33,618 bases of DNA from Octopus sinensis. Its lineage: Eukaryota. Numbering within the stretch: position 1 is the first letter of the stretch; each line of letters begins with the position of its first letter. Under the pieces are notes generated by a model. It was not told where the DNA came from. It saw only the letters and a list, made by a program, of their open reading frames with translations, and made no database searches. The stretch lies in assembly GCF_006345805.1 (NCBI RefSeq), contig NW_021831718.1:1-33618 (forward strand), in the 5' to 3' direction. A program made the position numbers and the translations under genes. Below are positions 18,615 to 32,029 of this stretch, piece by piece.

Positions 18615-20078
18615 TCAATTTATAACATTCACTCTTCTCCATAAGTGATAGAGGTCATTTCTAATAACTATTTCCATGATCCTAAAGTCGGGAAAAACCT
18701 GATTATAAAATATAGGAGAAACTTTCTTCTTTAACAATATTTTGCATTTTAGTATTTCGCTTCCAATAAAAGATGTGCTATTCGAAAGCCCATACATCAT
18801 TCTACAAATAATAAATTTCTTATTACTGAAGGTCGGGGAAAATGGGTTCAATAGAATCCAAGAATTTTGAATATTCTTGTAACCCCAACATCATAATGGC
18901 CTTGAGATAGTTTAATTGAATATATAAAATGTTTGTCTTTGGGATATGTCTTTTCCATTTATTTAAAGTGAAATTAATTTTATTTACCATTTTACTCGAA
19001 CCACGTTTATTCTCACTAATAAATTATTCGAATATTAAAATAGACATTATATAAATCAAATCTGTGAATTCCAAAATCATTTGAGCTCGTTTTTTGACAT
19101 AATCATCGTCAACCATGTTTAGACAATTATCACATTTGTTAGAATCGTCAACTTTTCCTGTGGAGCATAAAACACAGTTTGTGGATGTTATACGCGCCTC
19201 AAAAGAATCATCCAAACACCGTGGACACTTACAAATAATACCGAAATCCAAAAGAGCCTTTTGTCTAGCAGCTCTATTCCTACACTGATCAATATGACAA
19301 ACAGTAATTTCCTAAATAAATGAATTCTGAAATTAAAACTTCGGAAATTGAAATAAATTTGACAGCGGCCAAAACTAGATTGATTCCACTGTACCGATAT
19401 ATAGAATTCGGGACACAGGATTGTTCAAATTGGCTAAATTATGACGTGATAACAATACTATAAATAAACCCCGACTCCAATAATTGTTCCACTTTCATGT
19501 TTAATGTATACTGCGGAAGCTTGCATTTTTGTGAATATTTCAAAACCAAATGCGGATGGGGGCAATTCAACATACGTGTGGCAATATTTGTAAGCCTCAA
19601 TAAAAATTGGGAGCAATTTTTTCATTAGTTTTTTATCACAATCTTAAATTGTGCATTAGAGTCGATACCCATATGCATATCTTCAAAGCTTTTTCCTGTT
19701 ATTTTGTCGGGAATGTGAAAAAGGCATAAATGTAACTATAATAAGTCAAAAGTTTCAACCTTCACAATGAGATGAAAATACAATCTAATTATATCAAGAG
19801 GAACATATCCTAGTTTAAGTCTTGGACATTCGTATTTGTGCACAGTCCAGGCTTTTCTCTAATTTAATAAAATCAGCAACTTTTAACCTGGCATTCTATA
19901 TTGCAAAATCTAACGGCATTACATCCTGTGCATCTTTTTAATTTTCTATTATTTTAATATAATATAAAAACTCGTTCATCGAAAAGCACCATGAACAACG
20001 TATAGACAAACAATTTATATTCAAAACATGTACAAATGGCGATATTATTTTTACGGTGTCTCCTGGTTTTAAAGCCAT
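18615..20078 (-). CDS. SMYD: SMYD-family SET and MYND domain protein (SMYD2/3-like) with degenerate catalytic motifs
   Basis: MYND CSWC/CTGC/CNIEC/HKYEC, IIGVGVY, EQSCVPN, EEITVCH, post-SET CKCPRC and a helical C-terminal region. About 9 short introns. Confidence 0.88.
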
Positions 20079-20365
20079 CAAAACTGCAAGAAAGAAATAA
20101 ACCACAATATTAATTACAAAATTCTATAATTTTCTAATGTGTTTGTTAAACAGAATAATATTATATAAGAATTTTAACAAAAAAAGTGAAATCTATAATG
20201 CAATTATTTATTGATGTACAACTATTTCATGACATCGGAAGTAGGTTTTTGTAGTCGTCCACGTATCAATCTTCCTAAAATCTCCGCTTATCAAAAAATC
20301 TCTGAGGGAGGGTAACGATCTCTTAAATCTTGAAAGTTTAATCGATGGAAAATTAGATTAGCATA

Positions 20366-22337
20366 AAGTTAAGTTAAGCCATATTCAGCTGATTCCGACC
20401 ATTGGCGATTCTGTAAGACAGGTCCCTCCACGAAACTCTATCCCCACCAGCTCTGCTATTTCCGACAAATGATGTCCGGTAAGTTTCACTACTTCAGATG
20501 TCCAGTTTAGTTTCGGTCTACCCTGCTTCCTTTTTCCAGCGAACGAAGACAGCAGGATTCTTTTCCTATACCATACTCCCGAAGCACGTGCCCCAAATAT
20601 GATAATTGTTGCTTCCAAACTTTCGCACAAGCGACAGTGTAGGTTTAATCCTTTCGAGAACAACGACATTTGACACTTTGTCGTACCAATTTGTGTTCAA
20701 AAGTTTGCGCCAGCACCATAATTCCAGTGAGTCCACTCTTTTGCTGTGAGCTTTGGACAGTGTCCAAGATTCACAGCCATAGAGAAAAACGGGAAACACA
20801 ATCGCGTTGACTAGTCCTATCTTTGTCTTGAGAGAAACATCCTTGCTACTCCAGATCCGATTCAGTTTTATCATCGTACTCCTGCACATAGCCATCCGTC
20901 TATTAATTTCTGAGACACAGCCACCATCTCTGGTTATTAGACTTCCAAGAAAGATATAACTTTCAACATGTTCTATTTCTTCGTCGTCGACGATGACACT
21001 AATTTTTCCAGACAGTGAAGTTGTCATTATTTTGGTTTTTTTCACATTTAGGAATAGGCCAAAAGAGGCACTGTTGTCTTTGACTCTCGTAATTAATTGC
21101 CTCAAGCCATCCTCTGTTTCAGACAGCAAAGTAGTATCATCTGCATAACGGAGATTATTTATGTTGAGGCCACCAATTTTGACTCCGATATCATTTTCGC
21201 AATTTAACACCTCCATGACTTTCTCCGTGTAAATATTAAACAGTAGCGACGATAGAATACAGCCTTGTCGGACGCCGCGCCCAATACCGAAACAGTCTGT
21301 GTCTCCATAAGGAGTCCGCACAAAACCCTCTTGGTCAGTATAAAGAGATTTTATTAACGATATGAGATGATGAGGAATTCCAAATTCTTCCAGGACTGAC
21401 CAAAGTTTCACGTGAGATACGCAATCAAAAGCCTTGCGATAGTCAATGAAACACATGAAAAGAGGCTTCTGGGATCCACGGGATTTTTCCAAAATCCATC
21501 GAAGGCTGGAGATGTTATCTCTCGTACCACGACCACGTCTAAAACCAGCTTGATAATTTGAAAGAATCTTTTCTGAGATTGGAGATAGACGTTGTTTTAT
21601 TATCGACAGGAGTATTTTGCTAACATGAGATATGAGAGCAATTGTGCGGTAATTCGAGCAGACTTTGCTGTCGCCCATTTTAGGCAACAGAATAAATATT
21701 CTTCCAATCAGAAGGCCAAATACCAGTTTTCCAAATATTCTTGCAAAGAGTTGTGATTGCTGATAAAGGAATGGCCTTAAGCATCTCGCTTGAAATATCG
21801 TCCGGCCCAGGCGCCTTGTTGCAAGGCAATTCATTCACGGCCCATGTAACATCACTTTCTCGGATATCATCTTCGGGGTTCGGAAAAATAATGAGCGATC
21901 CATGATAAGGTGCTGAAGTTTTGTATTCAGGAGAATAAAGTTCTTCCACGAACTCCCTCCATCTGTTTCGGATGCTGTGACTGCTGAATAACTCTCTGCC
22001 ATCCCTGTCGTTGACTTTTCCTTTCCGAGCAGTAAAAGGAGTATGTGATTTTCTCACTTGTGTAAAAGCATTCCTGAAATGCCCTTTCTTAAAGTCATTC
22101 TCCAACTGAGTGCAACACTTTTGCCAGTACTCATTTTTGTTCTTCCTGACTGCATGACGGAATTTGGCATTTAAAGAGACGACATCCTTTTTCCTGCCAG
22201 TAGCCTTTGCTTCTCTACGACAGAGGGCAATTTTAATAGTATCTTCTGATAGCCAATCGCATTTAGAGTCAGATTTTTTGATGGACAGATGTTTTTCTGC
22301 CGCAGTGTTGATGATCGACTGTTTAAAACGGATGTTG
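20366..22337 (-). mobile_element. 5'-truncated RTE-clade LINE with 10-bp target-site duplication
   Basis: RT motifs KAPGPDDI, NYRTIALISHVSK, QAGFRRGRGTRD, FIDYRKAFD, GVRQGCILS, LRYADDT, YIFLGS and GKRKQGRP; (CTTAA)n-type 3' tail; GATTAGCATA at 20356-20365 and 22338-22347. A few frameshifts. Confidence 0.95.
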
Positions 22338-23634
22338 GATTAGCATATTTTTTAAAAAAGATCGTCTTTGTGGGGGATGTATGGGAATGCAATTTACTCA
22401 TCATGTTTATCGCGCAAAAACCACAGTTGTGCTAACATGAAACGGAATTGTCATAGATTACTACAAAAGTGACCTAGACTCTCATAAAATAAATAACCAA
22501 AGCATATATCTAGTTGGTCGTTCTTGAGAAGACGTTAAGGACCATGCACGTGAAAAAAACATGAATTTTTGATACGTTCCTATAAAGAGAAGCCTAAAGT
22601 CAAACCCCATATGTTAATATATCCGTTTAAACAGCATATTTCCAAAAAAACATTTTAAATTGCTGATCTCTGAAATCGAGATTCGCTTCAAAATCAAAAA
22701 ATGAAAGCTTCAAGATGGAAGAATCTTATAAAAACAAAATTGATTTGATTCACTATGCATTTAAACTTCCTAATATAAATTTATAAGTAAACCTTTGAAA
22801 CATTACCAACTTTGTAAATCCTAAGTATAAATTTGTAAATGGTATTAGTTTAGCAATTATTTTTGTAGCTGAACTTTTTAATGAAGTGAATTTGCGCGCA
22901 AAAACTATGTACTAATAGTAATTCATCAATGTCGAATAGAGAAATCCATCAATGCCAAATTATTAAAATTAAAGTTTCTCGCTTTAGATGATCACAGCTA
23001 AGTTATATGGAATCCAGGTGCTTTTATATCATAAATAATATTTTTTCAGAAATCTGTATTTACTCTCATGTTATTCAATATTTTAATTTTGACTCGTGTC
23101 ATACAATAAAAAAAGTCGAAATAGTCGTTTATAAAAATATTCCTTTATAGATAAATGGAAAGGAATCTTTTACATTTTTGTTGCAATGACAGTCAACTGG
23201 TGTTCAAGCCGTTTGGAAAAAATTATATTTTTATATGAGACCGATGATCTAAAGATTTTATTCTTAGTTATGTTTATGTTATGATTTATACATTATTGAG
23301 ATTTTATAAACTAGGTATATTGTATTTTGTTATTTTTTTTACAGATGGCTTAAGATATAAAATGAATCAAAATAATAAAAACTATTAAAAAACTATCATA
23401 TAAATTAATTCAGTTAAATAAAAAATTTCTGAAACATTTTCGATGTCTTTTTCAATAAGGGGAAAGCAAAGAAACTGCATAATATTGTAATTTTCTTGAA
23501 ATCTATGTTTAAACTCGTTTAGTATATTTTTTAGTATTATTGAAAATACATATAAATAAGGATTTTTATCGGAGGGTTTTAATCCTCAATGTTAGAAAAT
23601 GGGTAAAATAACAGTGAATATAATAATAATCAAT

Positions 23635-23915
23635 ACAGCCGTTCCGCGAGATCGCAACTTAATGTGAAATCTCGCACTGGCCAGCCACATAAGATCAAGA
23701 TAGAAAGAGAGAACATGTTATTAGGAACTAACTAATCCAAACGAACGAATCCAAACGAGCTGTCCCCCCGCATCTATTTTTCTCTCGTGCTGTGGCTGAT
23801 GTAGACATCCGGTTCCGCAGTGAAATCACTGATGACGGCGTCACTCGTCAATCCAGGGTGCATGTAATATGCATGGAACCTTCGGCCGGAATGATAGCAG
23901 TGAGATTCGACAGTG
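23635..23915. mobile_element. GC-richer non-coding patch, possible non-autonomous element
   Basis: Imperfect internal inverted repeat (CAGCCAC...AGA(A)AGAGAG vs CTCTCGTGCTGTGGCTG) and a compositional contrast with the flanks. Ends not defined. Confidence 0.3.
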
Positions 23916-24052
23916 AATATGTGCTTCTTTTTTGATTAGTAATGTTTATCTTATTTAATATTGATTAAATATTTGATTGTTCTTCGTTAATCTTTTTAGT
24001 ATGAGGCTTCTCTATTTTTAAAACAATTTATTTCGATTATGCAATGGTTTAT

Positions 24053-27000
24053 TTATTTAACCGCCAAGACCACAGTAAGAGTCAAAACAAAAGTCACGTG
24101 ATCCACGGTTAAATAGATGAAATAACAGCAAAGACATTTATTCTCTGACAAAGTATTAGTAATAGCAATTTTGTAAAATAACAGTGAAGTGAAATCATTT
24201 CTGTTCCTTCCCAGGACAGAGACGTTAATTACAGATACCACATTAAGCTTTTGGAACTGTTATAGATTACATAAGAAAACAAGAAAATATTATTGTGAAA
24301 CAATCATTAATTAAAAGAAGTGATAATAGGAAATAAAATACAGGGAATGATAATCACTAAATTGATACAGATAATGACTCCACAAATTTAATTAGCCGAT
24401 ATAAATCAGCCCGTTTATTGTCGAATAAATTATTTACAAACTCCTTTTCTTCTTCTACAATATTTTTCTGTAAATTTCTAAAACAGGCAGCATTTTTTAC
24501 ATCATCACAATCAGTAAACTAAATAAATTAGCATAAAAATACATTCATATATTCAATGATGTCAAAGTGAGATAATATACTGTACGAGTTAGTCAAATAT
24601 CCGTCTGTGGTCGAATTCGAAGTACATTGATTGTAAAGAAATGTACAAACTGATTTCACTTGTTCAAAAACTGAATTTAAACATAAAGGAAACTGATAAT
24701 AATAACAATGAATTACTTTTATTTTTCTTTCGGAATTGTGCTTAATCTCCTCAATTCTGACAATAACTGCAAGAAACATTGATATAACTTTGAATATCTT
24801 AAATAATATATATTATTAATTACTACTTGAATTTGAACATTAAGCAGAGACTTTGATAATGGGAACACATCTACAAGTGTTGTATTTCTTTCATTTATTT
24901 TTCCTAATATAAATTGGAATGTTAATAATAACCTATCAGGAGTTTTAAATCATCACATGCAGAAATAAAAGAATCTATAAATATAATATAAAAATATAAA
25001 CCTGATTTGAATTCGTTTGAATAAACTGAAAAAAGTATTGCTACAAGAGAATGAATTATTTCTCCGAATTTATAATAATGGTAATGTCGATATGGACTTT
25101 CAACAAAATAAGAACTCTACATTTGTTAAGATCTACTTAATTAATTAAATACATTCAATTTTTCGAATTGTTCTTGTGGAGGGCAATCAACAAAATATTG
25201 ATAAATCAGATATGAAAATTCACAACATTTATCCAAATATTTGTCACGAGAAAGCAAACAAAACTCGGGAATAGAAAAAGTGATTAATTCCCTCATTAGA
25301 CAACTTAGCAGAATGCGGAATCGAAGATAAATTTCCTACAATATACAAATACGACCAACTTGCTCATTAATTGACAATATGGATACTTTCTCTATAAATT
25401 TACTAAAATATAAATCCAGATCAATACCGAGATCTATTAGAAATCAATTCGAACGAAAAATAGTCGCGATTATTTGTGAATAAATCACTATAAGAATATT
25501 TCAAAGATGTTCCAAAATAATACAAATCAGGAAGTATTGACTTAAAGTTAAAAAATCTAAAATTAGTTGAAATAATTCTTACGTTGTCAGCGAATCAAAA
25601 ATATTGCAAAAATAGGATTCTGTGAATATCAAAGCTCCCTGTTGTGATTTGGATACAGATTTACAAAGTTCGACCGCCTCTGGAAGCTACAAATAAATTT
25701 GGATAATATAAACGTTATTAAAATGAAGATTTTTCAAAGATAAAATAAAAATTTCAGCAGTCTATTGAAAGATAAATTATTATACTAACCTGGTTTAATG
25801 TGCTGGCGTAAAATGTATTAAATTTTGAGAATAAAGATGAAGAACAACCCTCAAGTAAAATCAAATTTATAAAATGAAATCTATTAAATATAATTTATTG
25901 GATAAAATAGATTACCCGATACTTTCAAATTGAAGATTTTTTATTTCAAGTTTTTTATAAATACATTCATGATAAAATGGGAATCCTATTTATAAAATAT
26001 TCTACATGTCAAACCAATCATGTTATAAACACGAAGAACAAAAAACCAAAATTTATAGTTTAATGGAAAATTTCTTGTGGCATAAATACATAGAATTCTT
26101 AATGCCAACAATATATTAATATGATATTGATTCATCACATCTACACTCTAAAACCGATAAAACCAGTGGATTCAACAATGTCAAGCATCAATGCCAATCC
26201 AATTTCCAAATATATTTCTTAAATAATTATCAAACAAATCCACCTTTCTTCAATGAGAGTTTAATAATATTGAGAGCAAATTCTAGTGAATCCTCATTGT
26301 AATATCTTCCAGTCACATATTGAAATTTCACTGCATTATATGACTAAAAACATCAGCATTTCAATTTTATACAAAACAATCATCACATAGAAACAGAGCA
26401 TATTTATCACTAGTATCAAATATTTCATAGACCTATTAATAATATAAACAAGTTAAAACAGAATCGAGACAATCCAATTCAAAATGCGACACATAATAAT
26501 TCAAATCAGCCCAACATGAAGGTCTTTGATGACCCAATACACGGAAATACTCAATCATTATAGAGTAGCAAATATCTTTACAAAAAATTGTAGGACATGC
26601 CCGAAATAATTCCAACTTCCATAACAGTAATCCTATTAATTAAAAACCAACAAAATTGCCGGTTTTTGATTTCCCGTGTAGATCAAACAGTCTATTTTGA
26701 AGTTTGGACGATTCTAAATCCACGTTCGATACATCCACGAGCCCGCTACTTTTATAACAAATAAAATACTTATTGTCGGTCCATAGAGCTGATAGACTCT
26801 CAAAATAATAACGAATAATATCCATATCGTCCACACTGTGTAAATTTATTAAACAACCTTTGGATCAAAGCAGATTCGCAAAGATTTTGTAGTTCTTCCC
26901 ACTTTTTGAGTTCCCGGTAAATTTTACAGCGAGTTAGCCTCTGGTCAATTTTTCTCGTTTCTTTAAAATCAAATACTAAAAATATAAACCAATATGGTTC

Positions 27001-27728
27001 GCCATTTCTAAATAATTTTTTTGAAATTTAAGAATATTCCAAATTATTTCAGAGGCAAAGGAAATGTTTTTATCTCTTTCAGCCATTTTAACACAAAGTG
27101 TAAAAAGTTTTGCGCTTTTCGACAAATCGATACAATCAATGGCCTGTTAATATAAATAAACAGATTACTTGAAAATAAATAAATACAAGCTTCCAAGAGT
27201 TGTATAAATTATTTGGCCACTTTTTATACATTTGACTCAGCAGAGCTCCACAGTCTGGCAAAATACCAGACCAAAGATAATGAGAAACATAAGAGAATAA
27301 TATAGCTAAGTACTGACTCTCGGAATCAACTCCATTTTCTAAAATTTTGTTTGTGTATTCAAAAATTAAATCATCTAAGAACTTTATTTTTGATTTTTTA
27401 CATCTTTGAATATATTTATAATTGTCAATCATAATTCGATAAAGTTGTTCTTCATTAGAGAAATGTTGGTGAACAAAAGTTATTAATTTCATCCCTTCAG
27501 CTCTTTTTCCTATTTTATAAAATGTAAACCCTCTTATAGCCTAAAATATTTTAAAATCAGTAATTCTTACTTTAGCCTTTAAATTGTAGCGAAATTCAGA
27601 TATGAATTTTTGAGTTTCATTGATAACCCTTTTAAATTTGTTATTTATAAAATCATCTAAAATAATAAAGATCGAAAATAAATACAAATAATTTCATTGA
27701 GTTTACGAGCCTCGCGAGATTCCATCAT
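24053..27728 (-). CDS. NAA25: N-alpha-acetyltransferase 25, NatB auxiliary subunit (MDM20), more than 20 micro-introns; 3' end approximate
   Basis: RKLNEIIYDFINNK, KAIRGFTFYKIGK, MYKKWPNNLYNSW, KIYRELKKWEE...SVDDMDIIRYYFES, GLLLWKLEL, IMIEYFRVLG..PSCWADL, NYKFWFFVLRVYNMIG, LEIKNLQFESIG and TNNRDY are collinear with human NAA25 as recalled. Confidence 0.85.
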
Positions 27729-27819
27729 AAAAATTCCACACCGACTCTATATCAGTTTTAAATATATTAAATATTTAAATTATTAAGATAAAAAATAATA
27801 TAATTTTATAAGGTCAAAA

Positions 27820-28845
27820 ATTAATATATTGTGTTGGATAAATCTGAGTCACTCCGATAGCCCATCTGAGTGAAACGTGAGCCTGACATAAAAGCAATGG
27901 TGCCCGAATTCTACCTCTTTTATAAAAGTTAGCCTGTGTTGATAGCCACAATGGACTCTTCCTACTAAGAAACTGCTCTACTGATTTTTTATTTGGAGGG
28001 ATCGTTCTCGGTCCTCTTGTCAAGAGACCATTTCTAGCGATATTTCTTGTTTTTTGATTATTAGAATCTTTTTATTCATCCTTTTATAATAAACAGAAGT
28101 CAGGTCTACCAAAAGAAAATCAAATTTGTACTCACCTTTTGTAAAATAATAAAGTTTTATTACATGTTTCGGGAATGTCTTTACCGTCTAGCTCTGTTGA
28201 TTCAGCAATATTATGCACACTTTCTAGGTTATCTTCACCGTCTGTCACGGTTACAGTATTTTTCTTAATGGTATTGTAGCCCGGAATTCCTTGATATTTC
28301 TTGAGGTGGCTTAGAGCATGAGAAAAAGTCATCTTGATGCCCTATGCGAACTCTTGATAGGTGTAAACGGATTTTCCTGCTTAGCAATGATTCGAATTAA
28401 TTGATAAGGGGAGGTGCGTTTTACTGAAAGGTTTTGTAGTGCACTTTCTGTTTCCATTTGATAGGCAGCCCATCGTACTCGTTTGTAGTTAATAATTGAT
28501 TTACAGTTGTTGTCCCTTGGAGAGAGGAGGTCGATATTGGTTAGAACCTATTAATAGTCAGATGGAAGGCCGTAGATTACTATTTATGACGTGATATTGC
28601 ACGAGATCAAATCGTAGGTGAACATAGTGTAAAGTCGGGTGATGTGTTTTAATCATTTGGCTTTAATCTGCATCTCATATAAAGGCGGGAGTTGTTCAAA
28701 ATCAAGAGATCTTCCTTTTGGGTCCATAGTTGTATACCTCTTTGATCTGCGGTTTAGCCGGTGAGCCAAATTGAATCCTTTGTATTTAGGTCTTCACAAA
28801 TTATGGTTTTGTTGATTGATAGGATATTCGTTAGAAATGGCGTGT
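27820..28845 (-). mobile_element. highly decayed APE-type LINE (I/R1/Loa-like) endonuclease and RT remnants
   Basis: IICEDLNTKDSIW...DQRGIQL...LLILN...TSPDFTLCS (APE), NYKRVRW, and QANFYKRGR (resembles QAGFRxGR). Many stops. Confidence 0.55.
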
Positions 28846-28849
28846 AGCG

Positions 28850-28975
28850 TTAGACTCAAAAGTGTTTGTTTAGTAGTAAATATATTTTCTGCAACTGGAG
28901 TTAGGTATTTTTTGACAAATTCGCTGTCTGTAAATGGCTTCATTTGTTTTGCAATTATTTTTGAAATTTAGGAAC
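28850..28975 (-). mobile_element. hAT (SPIN/GTF2IRD2-like) transposase fragment
   Basis: SKIIAKQMKPFTDSEFVKKYL..VAENIF. Confidence 0.55.
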
Positions 28976-30105
28976 TAGTACATACGATATTATTTTTAAA
29001 GCTAAAATTATTTTAAAAAATGTTTTTCATTATTCTCTATATAAGATAGTCCTAAGTCAAATCTGCATTAAATTACGAGCTTGAAAATCTTTTGAGTCAC
29101 AATAAATACAAAAATAATTCACTAATGTCCCACGGGGCAGTAAATTTGTTTTCGGGCCAATTTCCTTTAGTATTATAAAATTTGTTAGCGAGGCATTTCT
29201 AATTGGCCGCCCCAGTTTAGAGCAATTAAGAGAATCCAAAATGGATAATTGTCTTTAATTATATATCAGACTCTAAAATAGAAATCTCCTGAAGCACGAC
29301 CGACTGTATGTCGGCTGCTATTTAAAAAATATTTTCACTCTCCTATCACATTAAACGAGAATTAGAAATAAATGAAAAGACTGCAAGAGTCTATAATTGA
29401 AAACAACCAATGAAGCAACTCCAAAGTGGTAACAAATAATATAAAGCGGAATATAGACCTAAACATTATTGATCCTTCTGAGAAGCAGGGATTATTATTA
29501 TCGGTACTAGGCGATGTTATCAGTCATGACAAAGCATGTGCGGCACAATAAGTCAGATCCCTGAGCAGCTTTCTTTATTTAATTCTATTCCAAGCCGCGT
29601 GGCATAAAGTGTAGAGATCCTTTCCATCTTAAGGCGCTTCCCAGTGATTTTGAGGTCATCCTCAAGGGTGACATAGCTTCTTGTCCTTGGTGGTCAAGAT
29701 AGTTTAATTTTTATTTTTAAACTATATTAAGGTTTATCATGCGTTTTAAAATTTTGTTTTATGCATTTGTAAAATTTTAAATGATTTAATACAATTTAAA
29801 TACCACGAAATATTAGTCATGCTTTGTCATAACCATCCGTCTAATATTAATTTTATATAACCACAATAAATTTATTCTTTTGAATGATTTTTCGAATTTA
29901 AGTAACGTCATCAGAGTTAAAGTGTAACTAGTTTAAAACAGAAATACATTTTTTGTAAATCAATAAAGTTAAGATATGCATATTTAAATAACATCGAGTA
30001 ACGTTCTCTGTAAAAAAGTTACAGTTTTTAGAAAAATCTCGTTAACCACATATTAAGATAAAAATTAATATGCGATATAAAAGCGTGTAAAACAGCACAA
30101 TTTAA

Positions 30106-31977
30106 ATGGTTTTTGGGACTGTAGATATAGTTATATTTACCTTGATTCCGTTATTATCAATAGTCTTCTCTATTGTCATTTGGTACTCTAAGAGAAATGT
30201 GAAAGTAATTTAAGTTTAACTAATTGGTTAAAATAGAATAAACTTGAGGAATATTTAGTTGGAAGTAGAAATATGAATGTTATAGCATGCAGCTTATCAT
30301 TGGTTGCCAACTTTCAATCAGCAATATTCATAACCGGAGTTACATATGAATATATTCCGGGGGGCTTTCGTACTTTTGGTTAGCAGTTGGATATTTACCG
30401 GGGACTCTTATAACTGCACATTTGATTATCCCACATTTAATGGAAAATAATCTTATCAACGGATATCAAGTATGACTTATATAATGAAATAATTTCAGAT
30501 TTTAACTAATAGATATAAATCAGATAAAATGGAAAAGCTATGTTCCCTAATTTATATAATACAAACTGTAAACGATTTTTTTGATATTTTTTCATTTTAG
30601 ACTGCATCCCTGTCTGTCGTTTTATATTTGCCCGCAAAACTATTACACATCAGTTATATATTAAAAGCAACTAATATTAATAGTTACTGGATGGCCGGTT
30701 TGGGCGTCGATACTAATAATTTCAGTTATTGTGACGATTTATACAACAATAGTACATATTGTTTATAACTTAAAGGGTGGCATTAGCGGTGTTGTTTGGA
30801 CAGACATGTTACAAATGATTTTCATTGCAATTGGCCTAATATCCATTTTAATTCTTACTTCAAGGCAACCAGGAGCAGACATTATACAAGAATTTAAAAA
30901 AACAGCGGCAACTGAAACCATTCATCCGAAAAGGTTTTATAAAAATCTTGTTAATTGAAGATTATTGAGCTACTTAATAGGCTCTATTATGTTAACATCA
31001 AGCATATATGGAACTAACCAAGCAATGATTTCAAGATATCTTGCACTTGGTACAACACGAAGGGCTCAAACGTTTATTTTATATTAATCTGAAAGAGCAC
31101 TTTACTGTCATCATATCGGGAATTGGATCTTCTTTACGTTATGTGCTTGTGCTGGGATTGCTGCCAAAATTGTCTTTCCAAAAGAAAAGCTAATTAAACT
31201 TGGATATGAAGAACGATATGTATACATTGCGGTCATATGTTAGATTTTATTTTATGTTGTAACCGATGTCCTTACTCAATATAAAGGTATTTCCGGCTTA
31301 TTTATGGCAACTTTATTCTCTGCTGCCATCAGGTTTGGAGATATATATCATATTAGCTCATTATCTTCTGGTATAAATGCAGTCTCTTCAGTTGCATATA
31401 AACCTTTTGTTGATCGACTAAAAAAGTCAATAACCGACGATGAGTATGAAAGAAAATCCTTTTTTGTTTCACGAATGATTTGTTTTCTTTATTTTTGTGA
31501 CTTTAAAGGTCTCGTATTTGGCCTCATAATCACAGGACTATCCTTTACTCCAATGTTGGACGATGCAGCAGAAATTGAAGTATTTAACATATCTAAACTA
31601 TATAGGTCGCGATTACAATTCTATCCTGCTTTGGGACACCAATTCTTGTCTGTTTTTTGACAGCAATTCATTTTAAAAGAATATCGCCGAATGTTAATTT
31701 TCATAAGTTTAACTTAGAACGCCATATTTGGTCTCATTATGGGTAGTGGATTAGCAATTTGGATAATAATTGATCAGGCTATTAAAAAAGAGCTTAGAAT
31801 GTAAAAAATGTTTTTAAATTGCCTAGATTTTCTAAAATCCCATATATGTTTTTAAGTTCCCTTCCACTTATTTGTTCAATTGTTTCTATTGGGATTTTCT
31901 TTTTTGGTGAAACATTTTATAATAAAGTTAAAAAATCGAAAATAAATTTCATGTCAATGAAAGAAACAAGGCTTTAG
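30106..31977 (+). CDS. SLC5A sodium:solute symporter (SMVT/SMCT/NIS subgroup-like); one frameshift as assembled
   Basis: EYLVGSRNM, SLSLVANFQSA, GGISGVVWTDMLQ, YGTNQAMISRYLA and GLFMATLFSAAISSLSSGINA, with about 12 short introns. A 1-nt deletion lies near 30350. Confidence 0.9.
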
Positions 31978-32029
31978 ATTATCACAGATTTATTACTTAA
32001 CACTTAAATACAAATAAATATTTAAAATC

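Noticed and set aside
22171-22404. 77-aa ORF as the first exon of the SMYD gene
   Set aside because: It crosses the RTE 5' junction and is mostly off-frame RTE sequence; SMYD has its own plausible start at 20078.
29040-29710. Short open stretches (ORF 29057-29239; PRTRSYVTLEDDLKITG on the minus strand)
   Set aside because: No convincing family motif or splice pattern; possibly old TE debris, but unsupported.
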